From: Nitrososphaeria archaeon
Lineage (GTDB): Archaea > Thermoproteota > Nitrososphaeria > JACIWG01
DNA length: 64,000 nt
Assembly (NCBI GenBank): GCA_050011875.1
Contig: JBEKIG010000004.1
Span: forward strand, 96,001 to 160,000
Reading direction: 5' to 3'
Shown: in pieces, positions 48,126 through 58,675 of the stretch
Layout: every line of letters begins with the position of its first letter
Numbering within the stretch: position 1 is the first letter of the stretch
The notes under the pieces: generated by a model
What the model was told of the DNA's origin: nothing
The model's input: only the letters and a program-made list of their open reading frames with translations
The model's database searches: none
Position numbers and translations under genes: made by a program

Positions 48126-49285
48126 TATATCACAGGACCCCTACAGTATATGTCAAAATTACCATCATAACCAAGAATTTCTGCTTTTGTTAGCTTACCT
48201 GATGAGACATCAATAATTTGATTCATAACCTTTTTCGCTGCACTATCAATTGTTTCATAGCCATAGAAAACAGAACTAAGGTCAGCGTCAATATGTTCTG
48301 ATAAATTAGAGCATACATAAGGATTTCCTGATGCCTTTATTACGGGTACGATGGGAAAGCCTTGCGGAGCACCACTACCTGTTGAAAAAAGCATTATTTG
48401 ACTACCTCCTGCCGCAAAACCAGTAAGGGCTTCTAGCTCTCTTCCCGGTCCATCCATAAATATCAATCCTTTTTTTGTAACCCTATCCCCATAATCAATG
48501 ACATCTATGAGCTTTGAAGAACCTGTTTTACAAATTGCACCAAGTGACTTCTCTTCTATCGTTGTTATACCACCTCTTATGTTACCCCCTGTTGGTTGAC
48601 CGCCTCTCATATCCACACCCATGGACATAGCCCTCTTTTCAATAGTACTTACAGTAGAATATAATTTGTCAGCTACTTCTTTGCTCACAGCTCTCCGAGC
48701 CAAGACATGTTCAGCACCAATCAATTCAGTTGTTTCACCAAATACTACGGTTCCACCTAGTTCAATAATCATATCTGCAACCCTACCGGCAACAGGGTTT
48801 GAAACTATCCCTGAAGTTGTATCAGAAGCGCCACATTTTATTGCCAATTTGAGTTCTGACAGATCAAACGTCTTCCTTTTAACCTTCTTAGATTCTGTAC
48901 ACATTTTTTTGGTAATCTCAAGTCCTTTTGAGACGGCTTCCGACATACCTTTTTCCTCAATTGTAACTGTTTTTACATCTTTCACCTTAGATATAGCATC
49001 AGCTATCTTCTCCAGAGAGGTACTTTCGCATCCGAGATTTACTAATAGTACAGAAAATAAATTAGGATTTAATGCAAGGTTTATCAAAACATTTTCTACA
49101 TTTAAAATATCTGGAGGGGTCTGAGCACATCCTTGGTGGTGCACAATTGGTTTTACTCTAGGATTAAGTTGAGCTATCTTCTGAACAACATCTGCTGAAC
49201 AACCAACAGTTGACATTATCCCAACATAGTTTCTAATACCAACACCGTTTTTCCTCAGATAACCTTTAAACTCCATATCACCCAA
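48125..49285 (-). CDS. UxaA/SuyB-type dehydratase large subunit
   Basis: GIRN, HHQGC, KCGASD..SG, GNIRGGITTIEEKSLG. Confidence 0.88.
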   Translation of the reverse strand: MGDMEFKGYLRKNGVGIRNYVGIMSTVGCSADVVQKIAQLNPRVKPIVHHQGCAQTPPDILNVENVLINLALNPNLFSVLLVNLGCESTSLEKIADAISKVKDVKTVTIEEKGMSEAVSKGLEITKKMCTESKKVKRKTFDLSELKLAIKCGASDTTSGIVSNPVAGRVADMIIELGGTVVFGETTELIGAEHVLARRAVSKEVADKLYSTVSTIEKRAMSMGVDMRGGQPTGGNIRGGITTIEEKSLGAICKTGSSKLIDVIDYGDRVTKKGLIFMDGPGRELEALTGFAAGGSQIMLFSTGSGAPQGFPIVPVIKASGNPYVCSNLSEHIDADLSSVFYGYETIDSAAKKVMNQIIDVSSGKLTKAEILGYDGNFDIYCRGPVI

Positions 49286-49759
49286 GAATAAATAGGATGA
49301 TATTTAGTTTTTTCAAATTTTTTTATAATCACAATATTTTAAAGTAATGAAGGACGATCTGATTCTTTTACCTCTTCCAAAAAAACATACAAAATCTTTG
49401 TACAAAATGATAAGATATATCCGCTTAATCTAACAGTCGATGAACTTCTTTATCAAGAACGTTTCTGGTAAACATGCCATAAAAGATATTATAAAGTATC
49501 CACAGATCATCATAGAACCCTGAGAAAATCACGCCATTCCTTATCGTTCCACTGCTACCAGCTCATTAATCTAACTCTCCAACCGATCAAAGCTATCATG
49601 CTAGAGCGATCAAAAGATGTGCTTTTCATTGTGATACAATGTGTTCCCATATGGGGGATTTGGAACAAGAATGGCTCCTAAGGGGGGTCAAAACGGATGT
49701 TTACTCTCGCATGTAAACCCAAAAACGATGCTCACGCGTGGACGCCCAAAGAGACTAGT

Positions 49760-49788
49760 AATCGCTATGTTTATATAACATAGCGATT
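49760..49788. promoter_or_regulatory. ModE-like operator overlapping the TATA box of the W/Mo ABC operon
   Basis: Perfect 12-bp arms AATCGCTATGTT-TATAT-AACATAGCGATT, 20 nt upstream of the binding-protein start. Confidence 0.75.
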
Positions 49789-49808
49789 TTAGTTGGAGGG
49801 GATATAAA

Positions 49809-51005
49809 ATGAAAGCGGAAAAACGCAACCGAAGCACTATGGTGTATTCGTTTATTATCATCGGTCTAATAATTGGAGCCGTTATAGGATTTGGATTAGG
49901 TTACTTAACTTATGCACCTCAAATCAGCTCGCTAAATTCACAAGTAACGAGCTTTCATTCAGTAGCAGACCTCCAGAACTCTTTAATCACTATAGCTTCT
50001 AATTCGCCGCCGTTTGCAGTCGGTGCAGCTGGCACTTTAACATATGCGTTTGGCTCAGTTCTCAATGCCTATGAGGAACAGTACCCCAGCATTAAGGTCG
50101 CACCCCCTCTGTTTGAGGGAAGTGGTGCAGTTGCCCAATCAGAGAACGCAACCAAACAGTTTAGTTTGGAAGCCTCTGCTGACACGACCACTATGCCGAG
50201 TGTCATCTTTCCTAATCTCGCAAATTACGAAATTGCCTTTGGCCAGACAAAAATGGTCATTATTGTCAATCTATTATCACCCGCTGGACTCAAACTCTAC
50301 AACATGTGGGAAGGCGTTCAAGGACTTCCCGCAATGTCTACTCAGTGGAATCAGACTTGGCAACAGATGTTCACCTTGATTGCCCTTAACTCGACCACTA
50401 AAGTTGGTGTTTCGAATCCTTTCACCGACCCTAGCGGTTATCAGGGTGCTGGCATGATTCGATTGGCTGGCTTAACTTTCTTTGGAAATATATCATACCT
50501 TTACAACGCGATATACAGCAACCCGAGTAAATACTACATGACAAATACTGAAACAAATCTAGTTACGCTTATGCAGACCCAACACATAGATTTCATAACT
50601 TCATCTTACCTGTCCAACGCTATACCGCAGACGGGAAACTCAACTCAAACACACCTCGCCTACATCACACTACCCGACGCAGTTAGCCTAGGGGTCTTAT
50701 CGGACCTCAGCTATTATCACGAAGCCAACTTCAGCTACACGACACTGGGAACGACCAAATCATTCACCATCAACCTAGTCATCTACACGCTGACGATTCC
50801 AACACCCTCCACCAACACAGCAGCAGCCGCCCTATTCATCCAAACCTTATTCAGTCAAACTGGCCAGAGCATACTAAAGCAAAACGGCATAACTCCCATT
50901 TTGCCGGGCATCGTCTATGGTAACTACACCAATATTCCAAGCCTAATCAAACCATACGTTACACCGGTTAACGCAACATATTCACCCTTATTTCCCAGGA
51001 GCTGA
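49809..51005 (+). CDS. wtpA: Tungstate/molybdate ABC substrate-binding protein (WtpA-like)
   Basis: N-terminal TM anchor, AAGTL, EGSG, SAD, SNPFTDPSGY. Confidence 0.75.
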   Translation: MKAEKRNRSTMVYSFIIIGLIIGAVIGFGLGYLTYAPQISSLNSQVTSFHSVADLQNSLITIASNSPPFAVGAAGTLTYAFGSVLNAYEEQYPSIKVAPPLFEGSGAVAQSENATKQFSLEASADTTTMPSVIFPNLANYEIAFGQTKMVIIVNLLSPAGLKLYNMWEGVQGLPAMSTQWNQTWQQMFTLIALNSTTKVGVSNPFTDPSGYQGAGMIRLAGLTFFGNISYLYNAIYSNPSKYYMTNTETNLVTLMQTQHIDFITSSYLSNAIPQTGNSTQTHLAYITLPDAVSLGVLSDLSYYHEANFSYTTLGTTKSFTINLVIYTLTIPTPSTNTAAAALFIQTLFSQTGQSILKQNGITPILPGIVYGNYTNIPSLIKPYVTPVNATYSPLFPRS

Positions 51006-51796
51006 TCGAGTTTCAAGGGAGATTCAGTGCAATACTGATATTCTGTGGCGCAGTAACGATCCTTTTTTTTCTCTATCCAATCCTACTTATCGTAGTACTT
51101 GGTGCTGAAGATATCATTTCCGCGCTCACGACAAAGTCTTTTCTGGCTTCGGTTGAGGTTACTTTCATAATTGCCACAGCCGCAGCGATCCTTTCTGTGC
51201 TAGTAGGTACACCTTTCGCTTATCTTCTGGCTAGATCAGACTTCAAGTTCAAAGAATTTATCGACGCAATCATTGATATACCTATTATGATTCCTCATGT
51301 CATAGTTGGCATAATGGTTGTATTAGCTTTCTCCTCAACATATGGGTTAGGTCCATTTCTGCAGGGAATCGGCATAAACCTGATCGATACGCTGATAGGT
51401 GCCATAATTACAGTTACCTATCTGTCAGCAACTTACTCTATTAGGGTGGTTGAGTCGTCGATAAAGATGATTGACCCTGATGTCGAGCTGACGGCTCGAA
51501 CACTGGGTTCCACACCAACATTTACGTTCATCCATGTTATAGTGCCTAGAATCTGGAAGTCAATAGCCAACGGAGCGATACTTACTTGGGCAAGGGCGGT
51601 TGCGGAGGTGGGAGCGCTGCTCGTGGTAGCTTATTATGTATACTTCAACGGTAACGATGTGTATCCAGCTTCGATCTATATTTATGAAGGGTACATAGCA
51701 CTAGGGTTAGCTGGTGCAGTCAAGTACTCAGCAGCTCTTCTCGTAATAGTTCTTGCTACATTCATCATTTACAGATTGGTTCTGAGACACGTCTGA
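51002..51796 (+). CDS. wtpB: W/Mo ABC permease (WtpB/ModB-like), apparent CTG start
   Basis: GTPFAY, DIPIMIPHVIVG, ARTLG, WARAVAEVGA; open frame with TM1 extends back to a CTGA overlap at 51002. Confidence 0.8.
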   Translation: MIEFQGRFSAILIFCGAVTILFFLYPILLIVVLGAEDIISALTTKSFLASVEVTFIIATAAAILSVLVGTPFAYLLARSDFKFKEFIDAIIDIPIMIPHVIVGIMVVLAFSSTYGLGPFLQGIGINLIDTLIGAIITVTYLSATYSIRVVESSIKMIDPDVELTARTLGSTPTFTFIHVIVPRIWKSIANGAILTWARAVAEVGALLVVAYYVYFNGNDVYPASIYIYEGYIALGLAGAVKYSAALLVIVLATFIIYRLVLRHV

Positions 51797-51801
51797 AGGA
51801 T

Positions 51802-52845
51802 GTGGATATGGTGCTTCAATTACTTAATGTTAATCTCACGCTGGGAACTTTCAGGCTGAACTCTGTCACACTAAATGTTGATCAACAAGAATACCTGATT
51901 ATAATTGGACGGACTGCCAGTGGCAAGACGACGCTTCTTAAGACAATCGCAGGAGCCTACAGACCATCCAGCGGTAAAATACTGATTGACGGCTCCGATA
52001 TTACAACTGCGCCTCCTGAAAAGAGGAATGTCGCTTATGTATCACAGATTTTCTCCTCATTTGATCCGATGAATGTCAAAGACAACATAGAGTTCGGGCT
52101 CAGATCTAGAGGCATGCCAAAGCCGGAGAGAAAACAGCTGGTGAACGAGATTGTCAGAGACCTAGGCATTGAACATCTACTGGATAGGATGCCAGCTACG
52201 TTAAGCGGTGGTGAACAACAGCGCGTTTCGTTGGCGAGAGCGTTGGTTACCAGCCCAAAGATATTACTATTGGATGAACCGCTTTCGATGATAGACCCCG
52301 AGACTAAAAGGTCAATCATAAGGCTACTGAAAGCAATTCCTGAGAAGTACAACATTCCAGTAGTCCATGTTACTCACGAATGGGACGAGGCCTACACATT
52401 AGCAAGTCTAATCGCTGTAATACATCAGGGCAGGATAATTGAGGTTGGTGATCCTGAACAAATATTTAATGAACCAGGGAACTATCATACGGCGAAGCTT
52501 GTAGGCTTCTATGATATGCACAAAGGAATAGCTACTCTTACTGATTCAGGGTCTACAATAAAGTTGGAGAACGGTCTAGAACTGAAGTCGCGTATGAAAA
52601 TTGGCGGTTCAGTATACGCCTGTGTAAGGCCAGAACGAGTTAAACTGAACACCAGTAACGAGTTCAATAACCTTGAGGGAAGAGTTGTAGACGTGTTCAG
52701 GGAGAAATTTGGGTTTCGCATAATCATCAATATAAACACTATTGAGTTTACAGCACTTGTTGGAAGCAAGCCTACTAGGGGAGATGTCATAACAGTTACC
52801 GTACCAGAAGACAGCGTATACGTGATACCTACTACAGAAATCTAA
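51802..52845 (+). CDS. wtpC: W/Mo ABC ATP-binding protein (WtpC-like) with TOBE domain
   Basis: GRTASGKT, LSGGEQQR, LDEP, VRPE. Confidence 0.82.
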   Translation: MDMVLQLLNVNLTLGTFRLNSVTLNVDQQEYLIIIGRTASGKTTLLKTIAGAYRPSSGKILIDGSDITTAPPEKRNVAYVSQIFSSFDPMNVKDNIEFGLRSRGMPKPERKQLVNEIVRDLGIEHLLDRMPATLSGGEQQRVSLARALVTSPKILLLDEPLSMIDPETKRSIIRLLKAIPEKYNIPVVHVTHEWDEAYTLASLIAVIHQGRIIEVGDPEQIFNEPGNYHTAKLVGFYDMHKGIATLTDSGSTIKLENGLELKSRMKIGGSVYACVRPERVKLNTSNEFNNLEGRVVDVFREKFGFRIIININTIEFTALVGSKPTRGDVITVTVPEDSVYVIPTTEI

Positions 52846-53141
52846 TAACGCGCCTGTACCGATGAGGATCAATGGGGACTTGCAGTGGTATTTGATGTGC
52901 GTTCCAAGTAAGCACATGGTTCTAGATCGAATTGGTTGATATTCCGAGATACTACTGGAAGCCTTGTGGGAAATGGTTTCATCAACTTTTTCTATTCCTG
53001 AAAAAGCTAGAGAATAGTATACCCTATTCTAGGTTTGGGCAAGGGTCTCTGAACAGATAGTTGACTTAGTAAAAACATGTGGTTTGACAGAACAACGAAT
53101 AAATAACGGTATTGAGGTTATTAAGAGTAAGGTGGCATTTA

Positions 53142-53525
53142 ATGGCTAAAATCACATACCTGCCTTGGCGCGAAATAATTGTTCATGAGATCGCAGAACT
53201 CGATGTGCAACGCTTCTTCGAATCAATCGTCGCACAGCTTCAGGCACAAGGCCAAACAGGCCTCGTCCCAAGTTGCAACTGGATCGATGGAATCGCCTTC
53301 GTCTTAGGTTTTTTCCCAGATACCCAAGAGGTAGTAAAGGACAGATTAGAAGGCAAAATACACTATGCTGTTGTTAATTTCGCGAGAATGAGTTACCAGC
53401 AGGAGAAGAGAACAATTGTTGGAGGGAGATAATACACAGTGAAGTTATTTAAGGCGGATGACAATCCTAACTTTGTTGATCTGATCAAGTTCATAAAGGA
53501 AAATTTTAAGGAAAAAACTAGTTAG
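53142..53525 (+). pseudogene. Archaeal hypothetical gene interrupted by one in-frame TAA
   Basis: MAKITYLPWREIIVHE...GGR*YTVKLFKADDNPNFVDLIKFIKENFKEKTS*. Confidence 0.6.
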
Positions 53526-53739
53526 CACGCTAATTTCAAATGCGTGTTTTAATATCATTCTTACACAATAAAATGAATAATGACAAATGAATAACTGCTC
53601 CTTTGAATTTAGATGAAAATGGAAGTATGGGTCCATAAATAGGATGATTCCTCCGATGATTGTTTCATATGTGCCACAAACAGTATCTTGAAGTTTTGAA
53701 GCCAGGAGAATATGTCTCAAATCCTTATAGGTATTCTAC

Positions 53740-54225
53740 AAGTGGGTATATCCGGATTACTGAGAAGCGAAGAGGCGACACAAATTTTCTGTTTCATCCC
53801 CTTAGAGAATTTGCCAATTTATCAAGCCAATTTTTCCATTCGAACTTCTGAGACAGCTTATTCAATTCTCTTTCTGCGTTCAATAGGTGGCACTACCCTA
53901 ATCCCAACAATCATCATGGCAGCTTCTCTGGGTGTGAGCGAAGGACAGATTCCAGGATTCTCAATCAGGGGTGCCGACGGATGCCAATGCTTCTTTCTTG
54001 TGAATATGCACGTTTAAACCGTTTATCGGAGCCTCTCAAGAAGAAGATCTGATTAGGTCCGTAAACATTTTGGGAGTGGTATCTTCCCTACGCCGTTGGG
54101 ACCCAGAAATCCAACGCATTTTGACCCCCCCTAATTTTCAAGTTTAGGTCTGAAATGGCGACGAAAGAGCCGAAATATTTGGAAAGATTTATGGCTTCAA
54201 GGGATGGATTTGTCAAAGCAACCAC
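53740..54225 (-). pseudogene. ABC ATP-binding pseudogene
   Basis: LSKYFGSFVAISDLNL / GFLGPNGVGK / LTPREA / FSKGMKQ...LSNPDI in shifting frames with stops. Confidence 0.75.
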
Positions 54226-54238
54226 AGCTCACTCATTT

Positions 54239-55438
54239 TTACGTTGTCATCATTCTTCTGAACACTGGCACAGCAATCGCGATCATGACTGCTCCAAACA
54301 CTATCAGTATAATCAACTCATTTGATATCGCGGGTATCCCTGCACCTAGCACCATGACCTTCCGGAGAGCTTGAGACGCGTAGGTTAGCGGAAGGACTTT
54401 GGATATGTCCTGCATGTACCATGGCATCTGCTGTATTGGGAAGAACACACCACTGAGGAACATCATCGGGAACATCAGCGTCATCATCAGCATCTGTGCT
54501 GTCCCTTGGTCCTTTGCGAAAGATGTTATTACGATGCCTAGGCCGACGAAGCTGAATACGCCAAGCAAGAGCAGGCCGAATACCAGCAGAATGCTTCCTT
54601 GAATTATTACACCGAACAGACCAATAGATAATGCGAGTATTATGACTCCTTGGAGCAGGCCTCTTGCAGTCTGGCCTAGGGTTTTCCCAAGTATTATGCT
54701 TAGCCTGTTAATCGGTGAAACCATCATCCCGTCCATTGTGCCAATTTCCCTCTCCTGAGATATTGCGACAGGGAGTCCTGTCATGACGCTCATCATCACA
54801 GTCATAGCCATTATGCCTGGTGCGATGAAGTTAAAGTAACTGGAAGTTCCGGGAACAACTCCTTCAGTCTGAACATTGTAGGGTTTCACGATGGCAAGAG
54901 AATTGTTTGCGTTAACTGCTGGATTCAGCAATTGAACATTCTGCTGAGCTAACATAGTGCCCATTTGGTTAAAAACAGCGGTTAAAACTTCCTGAATTGT
55001 CGCAGATATTTGTGGGTTAGACTGGTCAGTTACAATAATCAGAGTCCCCTGTTGTCCAGTCAGGATGCTTGCAGAGAAATTGCTGGGGATGACTATACCG
55101 CCCTCAATATCACCCCTCTGAATCATATTCTTGATATCGCCAACATTCGACGCATTAGATAAAACCATCATCCCTGTCTTTTTGTTGATCTGCTTCAAGA
55201 CTATGGTAAAAGTTTGGCTTGCAATAGTGGAATTGTGATAACCGACATCCTCATTCACCAGCGCGACAGGCAAGTTGCTTACCGTGCTGCCGTTGGACGG
55301 ATAAATAAAGCCTACCATGGCCATCATGAATATCGGCATTAGCACAAGTAGGACTAACCCCAGTCGGTTCCTGAACAACTCCGTTAGATCTTTCTGAGCG
55401 ATCCTAATACTGTGTAAAAGCAGAGACTTTGCTCCCAT
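54239..55438 (-). CDS. ABC-2 exporter permease
   Basis: FIAPGIM, EREIGT, FLSGVFFP, PLTYA. Confidence 0.9.
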   Translation of the reverse strand: MGAKSLLLHSIRIAQKDLTELFRNRLGLVLLVLMPIFMMAMVGFIYPSNGSTVSNLPVALVNEDVGYHNSTIASQTFTIVLKQINKKTGMMVLSNASNVGDIKNMIQRGDIEGGIVIPSNFSASILTGQQGTLIIVTDQSNPQISATIQEVLTAVFNQMGTMLAQQNVQLLNPAVNANNSLAIVKPYNVQTEGVVPGTSSYFNFIAPGIMAMTVMMSVMTGLPVAISQEREIGTMDGMMVSPINRLSIILGKTLGQTARGLLQGVIILALSIGLFGVIIQGSILLVFGLLLLGVFSFVGLGIVITSFAKDQGTAQMLMMTLMFPMMFLSGVFFPIQQMPWYMQDISKVLPLTYASQALRKVMVLGAGIPAISNELIILIVFGAVMIAIAVPVFRRMMTT

Positions 55439-55444
55439 TCTGCC

Positions 55445-56467
55445 TCACCTTATCCTCCGCTGCGGCTCCCCAGAGTGCCGGTGACCCGCAGCAATCGGTA
55501 TCTTCTGGTCGGCGCTATCTCTAACCTGATGACCCGTTAGATGCAAGAATACATCTTCAAGCGTAGGTTGGAGGTTTTCAATAGAATTTATCTTTCCGTT
55601 TTTCGCCCTCACAGTGTCGATTACAGAGTCGAACGCCTCGTCGCCATGGACGATAACCCTCAAATGCATGGAGTTTTCTTGACTGACAGCGTCCACGCAT
55701 CCACATGAGCGGATGCCCTCGATAATATCGGCTGATAGATTTCCGATCTCTAGTTCCATTATAGTTGTATCAGCTCCTGAAATTAGTTTTTTCAAATTCG
55801 TTGATGTATCAAGCGCGACAATTTTGCCGTGGTCCATAATACCTATGCGATCACACAACAAATCAGCATCAACCATCATGTGCGTCGTTATTATAATGCT
55901 GGTTTTATTTTCTCTATTGATTTTCTTTATGAACTCCTTGATCTCAACAGACGATTGAGGATCCAAACCCAGTGTTGGCTCATCCAAGAACAGCACTTGA
56001 GGCATGTTAAGGAGGGCCCGTATCACGTTTATCCTCTGTCGCATGCCTGTCGAAAACGTGCCCACTTGAGCGTTCTTCCATTTGGTGAGTTGGACCAGCT
56101 CTAGCAGTTCGTCAATTCTCTTCGTTAAGAGATCTTTGGGAATGTCGAAGAGATTTCCAAAAAATCGCAGATTCTCTGTGGCCGTCAAACGATTGTACAT
56201 TATCATCTTTTCGGAAACTATACCTATCAATTTTCGCACATCGGTGTCGTTTTTAACAATGTCGTAGCCGCCAATCGTTGCAGTTCCCTTTGAAGGCCTT
56301 GCTAATGTTGAGAGCACACGTAAGGTGGTGCTCTTGCCTGCCCCGTTAGGACCGAGTAGGCCGAAGATCTCGCCTTTCTTAACGTCAAATGAGATGTCGT
56401 CAACCGCTGCGAAATCGTTAAATGTTTTAGTAAGGTTCTTTACTTCGATTATTGACTCAGTTTCCAA
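55445..56467 (-). CDS. ABC ATP-binding protein (DrrA-like)
   Basis: GPNGAGKST, FSTGMRQR, LDEPT, PTLEDVFL. Confidence 0.92.
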   Translation of the reverse strand: METESIIEVKNLTKTFNDFAAVDDISFDVKKGEIFGLLGPNGAGKSTTLRVLSTLARPSKGTATIGGYDIVKNDTDVRKLIGIVSEKMIMYNRLTATENLRFFGNLFDIPKDLLTKRIDELLELVQLTKWKNAQVGTFSTGMRQRINVIRALLNMPQVLFLDEPTLGLDPQSSVEIKEFIKKINRENKTSIIITTHMMVDADLLCDRIGIMDHGKIVALDTSTNLKKLISGADTTIMELEIGNLSADIIEGIRSCGCVDAVSQENSMHLRVIVHGDEAFDSVIDTVRAKNGKINSIENLQPTLEDVFLHLTGHQVRDSADQKIPIAAGHRHSGEPQRRIR

Positions 56468-56595
56468 CCTTAAATCACCTTTACCGGAATATTATTCGTT
56501 GAAATATTATTCATTGCAATATATCTCCATAGGAACAAGGCAAAAATAAGTAAAATATAAATATTCCTAAAGACAATAATAAATTGGTAACGCAC

Positions 56596-57189
56596 ATGCA
56601 AACAGAATTCGAAGAAGAGACAACTGTGCACTGGCTGAAGGAAGCACAAAAAGGCTACATCCGCGTTGCGGTACTCATTCTCCTCAACAAGAAGCCGTCT
56701 CACGGCTACGAAATCATGAAAGAAATCAAAGACAAAACCAGAGGCTTTTGGAAACCGACAGCCGGCGGCGTATACCCAATCCTTCGAGACCTAGAAAAAG
56801 ATGGATACATCGAAGGGAAATGGTCCACCCAAAATAACAGAAAAATAAAGGTCTACAAAATCACCCACACAGGCATTATTATTCTCAAACGTGCAATTAT
56901 CAAGCAAAGCAAAATCGCTAACAGCATGAACGCCCTGTTTCAAGAATTTGCGAAAGACGTTTTGAGCATGAGACCAGAAACATTACCAATGCTGGTTATA
57001 CCAACCCCTTTCTCCCCCTTCTTTGAGGAGAAAAATCAAGAACAGGAATATGACATAAAAAACTTAAAACAAAAACGAAACAATCTTAAAGGCACAATCA
57101 GGATGTTGCAAAAAGAGCTTCAAACAACAAATAAAAAATTGGCCAAACAAATAGCTGGGAAAGAACAAAAGAAAGGGAGCTCATCATAG
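56596..57189 (+). CDS. PadR family regulator
   Basis: HGYEIMKEI...GGVYPILRDLE...YKIT..G; divergent from the ABC exporter. Confidence 0.9.
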   Translation: MQTEFEEETTVHWLKEAQKGYIRVAVLILLNKKPSHGYEIMKEIKDKTRGFWKPTAGGVYPILRDLEKDGYIEGKWSTQNNRKIKVYKITHTGIIILKRAIIKQSKIANSMNALFQEFAKDVLSMRPETLPMLVIPTPFSPFFEEKNQEQEYDIKNLKQKRNNLKGTIRMLQKELQTTNKKLAKQIAGKEQKKGSSS

Positions 57190-57835
57190 TAGTCAGACTT
57201 CATGCTCAAATAAATACGCGGTACTAAATATCCGAGACAAGCGCCTGCAATTAGCAATTAGCATGGTCTGTCTAAGACGTCAGAGGATAGTCGTTCTAAG
57301 TTCATAACTTAATCTGTTAAGTTCCATAACGAAAACTCGGCAAATAATCATAATCACTCTAATATTTTGAATCCTGCTAACTCATTAAAGAGAACCTTGA
57401 ACTTAACAAATACATTTTATTCAAAAAGCGTCTAAGAAATAGAATAAATTAACTTATCATATATGCTTTTGAATTTAATTATCCCGTAAATATTCGGGAA
57501 ATTTTAATATCATTTACTTCCATTTATTGAAATCGGTGAGCTTAATGTCATGCAGCCAAAGATCGTGTTGGGGATAATAATCGTTAGCGGCCTAACGGTC
57601 GGTGAAATATTATCGCTATGAGGTACCCCCTCATTATTTTTATAAAAAATCAGCATTTTCCTATTATAATATCTATTGATTTATCCCAGGTTTCATGAAC
57701 TTTTGTTTTATCGAACCCAGCTAAGAGTTGAGTTACCATTTCACAATAAAGCGCAACCCAATTCCTTAAATCTTAGGTTTTTCTTTATATCCTTTTTCAG
57801 AAATAAATAGGTCCACATAGAACGGTAGTGCGTCA

Positions 57836-58507
57836 TTGGAGTTTGAGCAATATATGACATCTCAATTCGCTCCAGGAGAAATTATTTCTATAATAATCGC
57901 TTGGATTGTACTCTCTATCGGAATTACTTTCAGTAACTTCCTGGGCCTTCTCAGCGGAGTACAAGGAAACCTTGAGGTAATAATGGCTGGGTTCATTGCC
58001 ACTGCGACTGGTTTCATTCTTCATGAAATGGGGCACAAGTACGTCGCGATAAGGCACGGATATATTGCACATTTCCGTATATGGGTCTGGGGGATTGCCT
58101 TGACAATTATCACTGCTATTATTTCAGGCGGCGGCTTTATCTTCGGAGCGCCAGGAGCAGTCTACATCACGCCAGCTGCGGTGGCATATTCTTTCGGTTA
58201 CTATTCTTCAAGTTACAAGATCTCAGACCCTGACCAAGAGAATATGATAATTTCGGCTGCGGGCCCTGGGCTCAATCTTGCTTTCGCCTTATTCTTCTTC
58301 GCTCTATTAATTTTTGCGTCTCCAAACTCTTTTGCCGAAACTGTCGGCTCTTTGGGATTTGCCATCAACCTCGGACTGGGGTCCTTTAATATGATTCCCT
58401 TTCCTCCGTTGGATGGCTACAAAATATTCAAGAAAAACATCATCATAGGATTAGCCATCGCCCTACCTTTGTGGGCAATGTTCTTCTTGTATTTTTTCAT
58501 CCTCTAG
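57836..58507 (+). CDS. Site-2 protease (M50) family
   Basis: HEMGH, AAGP, FNMIPFPPLDG. Confidence 0.92.
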   Translation: MEFEQYMTSQFAPGEIISIIIAWIVLSIGITFSNFLGLLSGVQGNLEVIMAGFIATATGFILHEMGHKYVAIRHGYIAHFRIWVWGIALTIITAIISGGGFIFGAPGAVYITPAAVAYSFGYYSSSYKISDPDQENMIISAAGPGLNLAFALFFFALLIFASPNSFAETVGSLGFAINLGLGSFNMIPFPPLDGYKIFKKNIIIGLAIALPLWAMFFLYFFIL

Positions 58508-58675
58508 AAAGGTCGCCACATATGTGACATATTTGTGGAAGATATATTAGGGTTAGGAGCGTAGAATATGTTGTGGACATCTTCCCTCATTTTGGATGAA
58601 GGAGAACACGTAAGTGATGGTGAGGGTAAAAAGTCTTGCGCGTCATAATCTACAGCAAAATATGTAGTGGCGTTT

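Noticed and set aside
49682-54130. 12-bp inverted repeat GGGGGGTCAAAA / TTTTGACCCCCC flanking the W/Mo operon, resembling transposon ends
   Set aside because: The right copy lies inside the coding frame of the ABC pseudogene; no transposase or target-site duplication seen; likely chance.
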